A DNA stretch of 64,000 nucleotides, taken from Balanoglossus misakiensis. Lineage: Eukaryota > Animalia > Hemichordata. The notes beneath the pieces were generated by a model. That model saw only the letters and a program-made list of their open reading frames with translations, was not told the origin of the DNA and made no database searches. Positions 12,124 through 34,500 of the stretch are shown piece after piece. The position numbers were made by a program, and so were the translations under genes. The stretch covers positions 7,881,573 through 7,945,572 of the forward strand of contig CM082594.2 in the NCBI GenBank assembly GCA_040954595.2, in the 5' to 3' direction. Position 1 is the first letter of the stretch, and every line of letters begins with the position of its first letter.

Positions 12124-14031
12124 TTAGGGAAGCGAGGCAGTTTCAGTCGATTTTTTCGGTTTCATTTTTGCCGTCGGTCGGAGAGCAGTAATGGCAGAAA
12201 ACAAGGGCAATACCACAACTGTCAGCAACATTGATAATATCCAAAAATCTTTGCGAAATATGAGTAGATTCACCATGGTGACGATGGCGCTGAAGAGAGA
12301 GTAACACCAGAGGTATTTGAAACTGGAGATAAACACGTTACTTTTCATAAATTCCTCTTCCACGGCTCGCTGTGGTATCCATGTACAGGTGCTTGACACG
12401 TTCGCTCTGATGGCAGACACCAGCCGCACCGTCCCGACAATCGACTCGGGTGTGAACTGCAACACCGCGCATATGGTCTCCACAAAGATCAGGTGTGCGT
12501 TCCTGAACTTCAGAATGGCTAACTTGGGAACCACGATTACTAGCAACATGACGGTTGTCAAGGGAAGAGTGGAGTGTCTCAAATACACGTTGTATTGCAG
12601 GGTCGCGTACAGTAGAAGAAGGGGCTTCATGAACATCACACGGAGCGCCGAATGCGATACGTAGGCACTGACGAGATCAAAATTGCACGCCGTTCTCAAC
12701 TTGGTGTCCACAAACTTGTCTTTTTGAAGTTTCCTTTTGATCCACCGCATCGGTTTTCCCACCAGGGTTCTCCAGAAGTATCCCGCCAGCAGGATTTCTC
12801 CTTTGTTCCAGCGCCGTTCCCGAATATGCCAAGTGACGTAGTTGAAGCAAGGGCTTTCCAAGAGAAAGACGTTGCCGGCGTAGAGCGGTTTCAGGATCGC
12901 TGCCTCGAATGTGTCGTGGCTGAGAATATCCACGGGTACCATCTCAATCGGCTTGTCGCGGTACCCAATGACCTTCTCGATGTAGATCTTGTTTTTGATG
13001 AGCGCCTTGCCGAAGAAACCACACTGTCCCAGAACATCCGACATGGCGTGGGCGATGTCGGCGTTCACCTGTTGGCGGATTTTTTCCAGGTGCATGAAGA
13101 GTGTATCGCCGTCGCACACCTCCATGGCTATAGCCGGTTGGATGATAGCCCTGTCTGGATTGGCCGCCGCTATAGCTAGAAGCTCGTGAGCCACTCCGGG
13201 GAGGACGGTCGTATCCCCGTCCAAGACGAGTGTGTAATCGAAGCGTCTATCGCGGATGTTGAGAACATCGACGGAGCTGTAAAATAAAGGTTCGCCGTAA
13301 GGTCGGGCCATTGTGCCGTAGAGGTAACTGTCGGTGTAGGTGTACGCTTTGTCATCACCGGCGCTGAGCAGCATCAAATCTTGGTACTGTCCACACTTGC
13401 GGAGGACCCGGCTCACCCGATGGACGACCATGAACTCCTTTGCCGCATCACTGCAAATCTCCTCTGCATTAGTCAACACGTATCTTTTAGAGAATCTCTT
13501 CCAGAACGTCTTCAGTCTTCCCTGGTCGACCAAGGACTCGCTGCCAAAGGCGTAGGAGAAGCTTTCCTCTAGGAGAACTTGGTAAATCATGAGCCTGTAG
13601 AACTGACACATCTCTAGTTCGCGCTGGTAAAAATCACCATCATTGGTGGCGCTTATCAGAACAGCCGAAACATTCACGCTAAGATTTCCGAGAAAAGCCT
13701 GGTACATCCTGAAGAAAGTTTCGTCGATCTCAGATTGGCTGCCGGCCAACAAATTGTAGGCCATGATGAGACTTAAATGGGAGTTGTCGGACGTTCTTGT
13801 AATTGGCTGTCCACGCTTCAAGCGGTACAAAACAGTGACAATGGCAGTGACGAGAATTTCGGCCACGCTGCTGTGGAGAAGTCCGACCACGATACACAGA
13901 CAGATTCCCTGCACGGTGGATGACAGCTCCCAGTCGATGTTCAAGACGCAGAGGACGACAGCAGTTGAAGTAAAAAATCCCCAGGCCCCAAAGAACAACA
14001 AAACCCCACTGGACGTCGAAACTTCTCTCAT
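12124..14031 (-). CDS. Intronless membrane-bound GT2 processive glucosyltransferase, OpgH/MdoH- and cyclic beta-1,2-glucan synthase (Cgs/NdvB GT domain)-like
   Basis: 635-aa single ORF with two N-terminal TM segments, HRVSRVLRKCG (cf. OpgH RKxGN, Cgs RKRGK), DYTLVLDGDT (DxD), AIIQP, GFFGKALI (cf. Cgs GxFxGKGI), ILSHDTFEA (cf. OpgH ILSHDFVEA), RERRWNKG (cf. RDRRWCxG) and several C-terminal TM segments. An AATAAA lies on the minus strand at 11986-11991. Confidence 0.85.
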   Translation of the reverse strand: MREVSTSSGVLLFFGAWGFFTSTAVVLCVLNIDWELSSTVQGICLCIVVGLLHSSVAEILVTAIVTVLYRLKRGQPITRTSDNSHLSLIMAYNLLAGSQSEIDETFFRMYQAFLGNLSVNVSAVLISATNDGDFYQRELEMCQFYRLMIYQVLLEESFSYAFGSESLVDQGRLKTFWKRFSKRYVLTNAEEICSDAAKEFMVVHRVSRVLRKCGQYQDLMLLSAGDDKAYTYTDSYLYGTMARPYGEPLFYSSVDVLNIRDRRFDYTLVLDGDTTVLPGVAHELLAIAAANPDRAIIQPAIAMEVCDGDTLFMHLEKIRQQVNADIAHAMSDVLGQCGFFGKALIKNKIYIEKVIGYRDKPIEMVPVDILSHDTFEAAILKPLYAGNVFLLESPCFNYVTWHIRERRWNKGEILLAGYFWRTLVGKPMRWIKRKLQKDKFVDTKLRTACNFDLVSAYVSHSALRVMFMKPLLLLYATLQYNVYLRHSTLPLTTVMLLVIVVPKLAILKFRNAHLIFVETICAVLQFTPESIVGTVRLVSAIRANVSSTCTWIPQRAVEEEFMKSNVFISSFKYLWCYSLFSAIVTMVNLLIFRKDFWILSMLLTVVVLPLFSAITALRPTAKMKPKKSTETASLP

Positions 14032-15209
14032 AATTGCCCATCGTGAAGACTACAGTCGAGACACTATAGCATTTACGTTATCGCAAGTGCGTGAAAAGTT
14101 GGCGTCGTCAAATTGGCCGAATCTGAAGATGGCCGCCTCACCGACGCTGATCATCCTTTTTTTTACACTGACACTCACAGCTGTGAACGCACGTTTCATG
14201 GCTACTTGAATTGAAAATAAATGGTACCTTTACCAGATCCAATAATGCAGCGAACAATATTAGCTATCATGATTAGGCTATTATTCTGAAAATACGTCTG
14301 AAAACAATTTGCAAACATATGGTGCACAGTTCACTAATGAAGCTTTCAACGGATGCCTCATCAACATTATCCCCCCCCCCCCTCCCCCCGAAAAGCACAT
14401 CTGGTCAAGAATGAGAGCAGGTAATTATCTTTATAAATGCATCCCTAAATGTGAAAAGGTCACTCTACAGCTGTGCTGCAACCTGGTCACATAATACGCA
14501 AATTATTTGGCAGTGTGAATTTTAATATATCGCGTCATGATTTGGAAGTTGATTAACAGTACACTACTTGTTTAACGCTAAAAGCGTTGCCAGTTCGCGA
14601 GCCAGCAAGGCTGGGTACAATCACGTGGGTGAGAAATAGGGGGAGGGGGATTCAGAATGAGTATAAACATTCAAAAGCACACACACACACACACTGGAAT
14701 AACAAGTTCGCGCGTGATGGTGACAGGTACAAAATAATATTTTACCACTTGCATATGAAAAGTAAGATATACAAAAATGTCCAAGCCAAAATATTTTACA
14801 AAATAAAGCAATATCAAGTGAATGGTGTTCCAAACGAATGTTGATGAGAGCAGAGAGTTTGTTGTCTGGAAAAAATTCTGCATTAGACCAAGACGTAATA
14901 GATGAAGTCTTCTTTCCATACAATTACAAAGTGTTTCAAAGATGACTGCATAAATATTTAGTATCGCGAAAGAACACTGTCTACCTTCAAGAGAATTAAT
15001 GTAAGATGGCCCATATTTTTTTTTTTTGGTGCGGGGTCAAGTGCAATTTTTGCTTGCATTTCAAAAATGCAGTACAGATATTAAGAGTATTGGTAGTTGA
15101 AACATTTGCTTCAAATGCAGTCCATATTTCGGAGAGACTGCAGCAATATTTTAGTCACATTTCATAAGACACGGAGACCATTTGCATTACATGACTGTAA
15201 TTTGACTAT

Positions 15210-15292
15210 TACAGAGTGAAACCAGCGTAAACCGAACCCTGTCTAATCCGGAAACCTATCTATACTGGATGTTTTTCCGGTCTGTTCCGGTT
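15210..15292. mobile_element. Possible degenerate pogo/Tigger-type MITE terminus
   Basis: TA-CAGAGTGAAACC followed by repeated (T)AAACCG/TAATCCGGAAACC sub-repeats, as seen in Tc1/pogo-derived MITE ends. No partner TIR was found. Confidence 0.3.
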
Positions 15293-15543
15293 CAGAGACC
15301 ACTGAGGCACCTCTGTGACCCGAACAATATTTTCAGTCTCTGGTATCCAAGGTAACATACGGTATGTATATTATCTTGTAAACAGATGGAATGACATGTT
15401 TGTCTGCAGCTGAGCTTTGAGACAATTTGACGCAATCTCAAAGACATGCCACTTTTTTTCACCTCACAGTTATCGCTTGCTATGGGACAGACAAGAATCT
15501 ACAAATAACTACACAAAACCGCACATTTACAATTGGGAAGCAT

Positions 15544-19042
<3,499 letters not shown>

Positions 19043-19512
19043 GCTTTATTATTTCCGTGCCGGTGGTACCGAGATTAAATTAAAAATGTACAAGATGAAC
19101 GCTGATTTCTAACAAGTATTCAGCAGAACTCCTGCACAGTCATGCGGAGTTTTTCCAAGATGGCGGAATTTACCTCTTTCGGCTGTAAATTATTATGTGT
19201 GAAAATAAACTTGCCAAATCCAAAGCTTATGTGATAAGACCTTCCAAACATATATATTTACCTATAACTATCCCAATCTTATAAAAGTGGAAAACAAATA
19301 CTATGTATTTTCGGCCTAAATTGCTATAGAAACGTTCCGTCTGTACGAGGCTGAAAAGAGGTTGATGTCACGAGATCAAAGGTCGTTACTATGAAACGGG
19401 GAAGCTAACAACAATCGAACCCCGGAAGTGAAGTGGCTATATCTGGAACTCAAGAGATCAACGCAGCATTTTAATGTTTGTACCCCGCCATTGCAGGGCA
19501 TAGAGCAGCGAC
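19043..19512. promoter_or_regulatory. Bidirectional promoter region between CCT5 and TEX49-like
   Basis: Head-to-head starts 470 bp apart. YY1-like CAAGATGGCGG at about 19156 and ETS-like CCGGAAGTG at about 19422. Confidence 0.55.
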
Positions 19513-20924
19513 ATGTCATTTTTCAATTTAACCTGCCTTGGCTATCAAGACCCGATCCGAGAGCGAGTTGTCGTTCCCAACAGAGAACAATCGTACTCGT
19601 TGATACACGGTATTCCACAGGGCAGCCATGTCTCGTTCCGACCGGCCACTTCAAAGTTACCACCCATCGACATGTCCAAGTACAACAGGGTTGTTGAACC
19701 AGCCCCGCCAACTGCACAACCACACCAGGGTTCATACGTTAGATACACAACGCAACTTAGAAAGCATAACAGGAATGCCAGCGGTGAGTGGAGTGGTTGT
19801 ACTTTGTAGTAAACACAAATTTTGAAACTTAAAAATACCAACCAACCAACTGAAGAGATGATCACTGCTTGTGTAACAATTAAAACAATAGAAAATAAAA
19901 TCATTATATACGCGTTAATCGATCACATTCATCTCATACCGTTAAATTATAATAAGCAAAGGACATCTATTATTAAACTTACTATTCAATACAGAAAGAT
20001 ACAGATATGGCAACATTTATTTTATAGACTCGATTGTCAAAATGAACTATTCAAAGATTAAAATACTTGGGGTAGTTCAAATACTACTGAACATTGGTTA
20101 ATAAAGATAACATGCCTCTGGAGTCACTTAAAAGGTATTGTAAAATGCAAAGTAAATTAGTTTAGGTCAAAGTATGGCAAGTGTAACCAGGTGCACTGAA
20201 GCTGTATCTGGTATGTACACATGTATCTTGACTTTATATAGTATTTATGTGACTTCAAGTTGGTATGTTTTAATACCTTATTTTCATAATAAGTTTCATA
20301 AAGGGGGCACACTCAAGCTTGTTTGCCAACACATTGTTCAGTGTGTCGTCAGTTCTGTAGAAAGTCTAGTGAAAGTTTCTGAGATTGTCTGATTTCATAG
20401 GTTGCTGATATGCATCTTGTTACTTCGTAGCTCCCAACAGAATCTATCGTGTTCCGCTAACAACGGCACAGACAACAGGATGGTGGGACAGAGGAGACCA
20501 GTTGTCTGCAAGAGAACCTTGGACCCATGTGAAAAGACATGTGCATAGAAACAGTGAGATGACAAGGTGAGTTAGAATATTGAGCGTGAGCTTGTTTGTT
20601 TTCTGAATGACTCCATAGGATGAGTCTGTCAAGGATGAACCAGTGCTTATCAAAGCATTCCGTTTTCCTTGAATGTTCTTCTTACCCTGTGAACAACAAA
20701 GTCCCCTACCTCACATCCGTTTCATCTTCTTTGATTTGGTTTCCAAGGAGTTGTCGAAGGTGCTCAAAAATATGCCAGTTGGGAATTTCCATTCAACTCT
20801 GTTGTCATTCAAGCCCCCTCGCTCGTGTTTTCAAAACTGTTTTTAATAACTACTATAAAATCTTCTTTCTTCCAGGTTCGTCAATGAAATGAGTCTGACC
20901 AACAAAGAATTCAGTTTATTCTAA
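19513..20924 (+). CDS. TEX49: TEX49/SPMIP11-like sperm or ciliary microtubule inner protein, 3 coding exons
   Basis: MSFFNLTCLGYQD...KLPPI...HQGSYVRY | APNRIYRVPLTTAQTTGWW...PWTHVKRHVHRNSEMTR | FVNEMSLTNKEFSLF*. This is collinear with vertebrate TEX49 as I recall it (MAFFNLYLLGYQ...RLPPI...PNQVFRIPLT...MTRF...FSLY). Exons are about 19513-19783, 20431-20566 and 20876-20924. Confidence 0.8.
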
Positions 20925-22509
20925 AGTATTTTGCCACAAACCCAAAGGGAGTGGGAATTACATTGGGCTTTTTTCAATCTCTTAAAATATTGACAATAGA
21001 GGGGTTGACTTACACATTAAAGTTGGTTTTACTATTGACACTTGTGTTATAGGTGTGCTATGCAGAAACTTGTCAGTATTCAAATTGTGTTTCTATCACT
21101 AAATCATGGTCTGATTTCATCTTTGTAAATAATATTGGATTGAGACAGTGTCAGATATTTGAAGATCACGTGCTTTTCAATTTCTTTTGCATCTTATCAG
21201 TATTAAAGGTCCTGTACTTGAGTCTGATGTGAATTAAAGTTTTTGTTATTTCTACTGTATTTTTCACACGCACAAGCCTTGATTGCATCTGTATAGGCAT
21301 GCGTATTGAGTTTAAAGAATGGGTGCATATAGTTCAAGTACAGCTTTGTGTCATACCACATGACATTTGGCTTGCTGAGGCAGTCGGCCATTTTGTACGA
21401 CACCCATCATGCATCATGTCAATAAATCGTGTGACTGGCGAACAGAAATGTCATTATGGAAGTTTTACAAAGTTTCACACAAGGCAAATCTTGTAAAATA
21501 TTTAGCATTATACTGGAATGGAGTACATACATGTAGCAGATTGATTTCAAATGTCTATTTTTTTCTGAAACAATAAAAAAATAATCTAATGTGAGTTTGT
21601 GATAATGGTGGTCAATGCAACCTTACTGAGGATGAGATTTAAGAAAGTATGAATGTTATATTGATATAGAAAAAAAATACATGAAATTACTGAAACTATT
21701 CAGGTATGTTAGAGCATTATTTATTTCCAGAATAGAAATGGAATGAGTAGACAACATCATGAATGACAAATAAAAACATCTCTTTACATTAGTAAAAGGT
21801 AAACTAAATTCTAAAACGTTATTGCACGAAAGAGTATCTGACACAAACTTGGTTGTCTTCAAAAGTTGTCCATAAAAGAAAAATTACAAGCATATCTTCT
21901 TTTAATCCAGAACTATTATACCATATAAACAAAGAATTTTCAGTCTATACTGACCTTGGGATCCCAGCCTGTGGTGGTCACACAATTGTTCGGAACATCA
22001 TTATTTACTTTTGTCGCATGCAAGTACTATAATAAACCATTTGAATTCCTCTCGGTTTTAACTATAATATTTATGTCTATTAAATATCCTTAAGTTACTT
22101 AACATTATGAGATGAATTCATACATATCCTCACATACCAATGTCACATCAAAAGACGTATACACATATTTGTGTCATGACATTCGATGGGTGCCAATCAA
22201 CACAACCCTTTAGAAGTATTTACAAACTGTCACGATGAAAGAATGCTGTTATTGATACAAACAGGTTATCTTATACATGTGTATCATATTGCAGTTGGCA
22301 GTCTCATCGTTTGAAGAAAAGATAGGCAATGTAACAATTGTGGGCACAATTTCATTGGCCAACATTTGCATAAATGCCTCCCTAGATGAGTGAAAAAATC
22401 TCTCGTGTGGAATGTCCGTCAGAAATCGGACAGGCAAATATACTTATACTTCTGTATCTTCAAAATCATAACAGGCTCATTTCGGGATTGCAAGTGAACA
22501 TTATTTTTC

Positions 22510-28179
<5,670 letters not shown>

Positions 28180-29039
28180 ATTGTCAAGATGAGGGATTAC
28201 CATTACGTCATTGTAACCAGAACGAGGCTGCAGGGATCCCCGTCTTTCGTTTGTTATGAAAGTGACATCCCGCCCCCAAACCAATTTCTACGGATACTTT
28301 GGAGTAAATAAAAAAGGGTAGCATCAAAAAAATCTGGGGGAAATCATTTGTTTGTAAACGTGGTTAAATGAAATCATCAGATTAATGAAATATGTTCATG
28401 GTATTTATCATGGGCACATACCATGTGAATATGTCGATGATGAAATAAAACATAGATACGTGTAGATCAAGCATTTTAGCACACTCTGGAAACATACACT
28501 CAAAATAAGGAGACACTCACAACAATAAGTTTGAATATCACATCATCAAACAAATTTTATTTTGAAGTGACAGAAAAAAATGCCTTATTTATGCATTAAA
28601 CTTGTGTACTAAATATAGCATAGTCTTGCAAAGTACCATTTAAGCTGTATGAATTCATTCCTTTTCAAAAAAAAATATTTTTATTCTCATCAGAGCTAAA
28701 GATAGGCTTTGCCAACTGACATGTGCAATGCACCTCTACAATAAGTTATCCTTAGTATGAGTATCAGCATACATGGCTATAATAAAGTTGATTATTCCTT
28801 ACAAAACTCACTGTATAAAATGTCTATATGTACATCTTGAAAAATGTCAAATTTTTCTCAAAGTGGCACAAAACAAAGATTGAAAGTGACATTTCCATGA
28901 TTGACAGCACATGCTGGAAAGAAGGATTTCAGTCCATCACGTAAAGATGTTCTAATCCGGACAGGTGTACTGGTAACTCCTTCTGAAGGTCTACGGTACA
29001 TGTCTTTCACACAGTTTGTTTCCAAGTACCAGTCTGCCT

Positions 29040-31160
<2,121 letters not shown>

Positions 31161-31595
31161 TTTGAATGACCAAGCTATCGTAGAGGGCGTCCTACTTTGC
31201 GCCTGCGCATTTTGAAGCACATAGTATGCGTTTCTTACATGTTCCTAGAGTATTGTCTTTTTAACTTTAGAATAAATATTGGGGGTTACTATGCAACATT
31301 TTGAATAACAGCTAAAAGCTTTCAAATTGCCTGGAAAAGTGGTGATGCAGAAAACATCAAGGATAAACCATAATCATAAATGAAAGTAGCTTAAATGACT
31401 ACTTGATTTGTCATCAGATGTGACAAAATACCCAAATACAACATTAATATTTTCACAATGATTTTAATATGTCACTAACTATGAAGGAATACAATGACAA
31501 AAATATTCATTAAAATATGAAAATGCCTGATATCAGCACAGATGAACAAAGCTAGATGAGGTTCATCTATTTTAAGTTCATTCAGATGTGCGTAT

Positions 31596-34500
31596 CTATT
31601 CATCATCACTGTCAGATTCAATTTTTCTTCTCACAATTCTCTTCAAAGGCATATTTTCTATGTCAGAATCCGAGTCACTTGGAACAGCGGTGCGCGGTCG
31701 TTTTCCTGGTTTCTTCTTACCGGTCTCACCTGGAGAAAAAAGACATAGACAGTCAAGCTATGCTCACCTACAATGAAAGTTGTATATCTTTCATGGTACC
31801 TAAAGTATTTCCTAATTCAACTCCTAGCTTTGCATTGAAATTTAATACAAAGATCTATGTTCTTCAAAAGCAGGTAAACAACAATATATCTTATTTGGAA
31901 TGTCATTCACAGACAAATTATGATATCTAATCATCTTAAATGAGAAATCTTACTACTTTTCAGATCGTCTTCTTCATCACTGGAATCCATTCGTTTCTTA
32001 GCAGCGGTAAATTCCACACTTTTCTCCTCCATAGTATCTTCATCAGTGTCAAGGCTAGATAGTCTCAGATTCATATGCTGGGTGTCTTCAGGCACTGGTG
32101 TCTGTTCTGCTAGGGCACCTTGTTTACTCAAAACTTTCTGTATTAGGGGCTCATCTTCACTGTCGCTGCTAAGTATTTTGGAAGTTGACTTTCTCGAAAT
32201 CTCTAAGTTGTCGTCATCACTTGTGTCATCTCTGTTTTGTCTAGCAGTTTCCATAGCACCATCCTCCTCCTCCTCCTCCTCATCATCAATTGCTCTCCTT
32301 ATGTCCTCTGCTGCTACAAGTTTTGACTTCTGTTTTTTGGATGATTTTTTCTGTGTCCCGGAACTGGCTGCCTGGCGACCATCACCATCACCACCATCAT
32401 CATCATCATCATCATCACTGTCACTGGAAACCATTTTTGAGACTTTCCTGGTGAAACTCTTCTTCCCTGTACCCTCATTATCCATCGGTTCTGTTTCACC
32501 CTCAGAAGAATTGTTCAGTTGATCATCCCTGTCCTCATCAGATGAATCTGCCAGGTTTCTTTGAATTCTTCCCTTTTTCTTCTTTTGGCCAGACGATGAT
32601 TCATTTCCTGATTTCTCTCTGTTTTCACTCATCACAGCCGCCATTGCCATCTTCTCCGACAATCTCTTCCGTCTTTTTTCCTTTTCCTCGGATTTCCTTT
32701 CCTGCTTCCTTGCCTTGGCCAGTTCTTTCAGCTTCTGGTGTCTGGCGTTTGGTTTCTTCTTAACTTGCTGCCCCTCCATCTCACCCTCACCCCCTTCTGC
32801 CATTCCTTCAATGGAATCTGCCAGGTCTCTCAGATCATCAGGTGATAGTTCTCCCGGAATGCGCCAGAAGATCTCCTGTAGAGGTTGACATGACATTAGC
32901 AGTTTCTTCAAAACCTTCCGACACTTTTATCAGAAATTCTAATTATTTGAGAACACAAGTATCATTGTACAAAATGGCCGCCACTAGAGAGACGTTATTT
33001 ACCTGGTGATCTGCAGGGGGTGCCATTCCTATTTTCTTCAGAAATGACGTAAACACTTTACTTTGCATAGCTTCTTCATTCTCTTCAGTCAGTGGTACAA
33101 TTGGGACAGCAGAATTATCATCTGAAGTATATCAAAAAGTAAGAAGACATTGTTAGAAAATATTTTGTCGTCGGCACAATTTTTTTGATCAATAGTTCTG
33201 ACTAAAACGAGACAAAATATACAAACGACAAAAATGTGCCAAATTACCTTCCTCTTCCCTGTCATCAGCTGTTCTTCGCAGCCCATTCAGAATCCATTTA
33301 ATTTGATCTTTAAAACCTGCAATTTAACAAATGAGTTGTCTTATGAATCATCATCGTTATCAACATCACCACCACCACCACCACCACCGTCATTATCATT
33401 CCTCACTACACAATGCAAAATATCATACAAGAAGTTCTGATCACACTACCTTGCTCATTAGCTCTGGATGACAACTGTGCGACAGACAATCCTCCCAGAT
33501 CATCACCATCATCATCTTCACTGTTGCTATCACTACTGGATTTCTCATATCTATTATCTTCATCTTCATCATCTGACGGAGGAACCTCTGGAGATGCAAA
33601 CAAAATTATTCATTATCAAGAGAGTGTACAGGTATACTTCTAAAGAAATTGTATTTTTTTAGAGTTCGACATACATGGCAAGACTACACATGTGATATCA
33701 GTATAGGCTTGAAATAAACTTTGATTGATTACCTTCTAATTCATCATCATCATCATCTATAAAGCCCTCCTGAAATTAGAAAAAAATATGAAGTAATCTA
33801 AGTCAGAAGATTCTCTTCATAACTTTGCAAAAATGCACACATTACTGAATATTACCAACAATGAGAATACCACTACTTTTTATGCAGCTATCTATCCAGA
33901 CGCGACAAAGGTACATACTAAACATACCCTTGCAGTTCCTTTCTGAGCATTGTCTGACTTCTTCTTTCGTTTCTTGTACAATTCTTTCTTGTCGTTCACC
34001 AATCCCATTTCCATCAGTTTGTTTGTTATCACTTGTCTCGATCGCTTCTCTGTCATGTCGTCAATAATGGAACCCAGAATGTCTATGCAAGAAGATCAGA
34101 ATAAACGTACTATGTAATTTCTTGCAAAAAGTCCCTTCAAAACAGTCAAAATTTGTGGAATTTGTCGCACTGGATGTAGATATTTCATCTACGATGGAGA
34201 AGTATCTTACCATTAGAACTTCTGTGTTGTTCAAACAGAGTCTGCAGTTCTAGTTCCTGTTCTTCTCTCCACACTCTTCTTTTTGATCTGTGAGGGGGAA
34301 AAACACAACTTACAGTGTATGTGGACAGGTGAACACAATCCCTTGCATTGGTCAGAATGTTGAAATGGCAGACAACATTTGAGAATATATTCCCTCAAAA
34401 CATCTGCACTTCTGGGCTCCTTCATGCTATCACAAGATTCCACATGAAATGAACCAAGATGTCTATTCTCTCTCTGATCCCTCTCCACGTGTCTCTAAAT

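Noticed and set aside
12124-14031. Glucosyltransferase as chitin, hyaluronan or cellulose synthase, or as simple bacterial contamination
   Set aside because: It lacks the GEDR/TED and QRRRW/QRxRW motifs and has LSHDxxE and RERRW instead. The flanks are AT-rich with host-like simple repeats and a poly(A) signal, and there are no neighbouring bacterial genes or operon. Read-level confirmation is still needed.
12317-14209. Several plus-strand ORFs of 60-175 aa over the glucosyltransferase
   Set aside because: They are antisense shadows of a GC-richer coding strand with no recognisable motifs.
20620-20892. 90-aa ORF inside TEX49-like intron 2
   Set aside because: It has no recognisable homology, and the exon at 20876-20924 supplies the family-matching C-terminus.
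31931-32911. 326-aa ORF as an independent gene
   Set aside because: It has splice sites at both ends and continues the TIMELESS frame (EIFWRIP motif).
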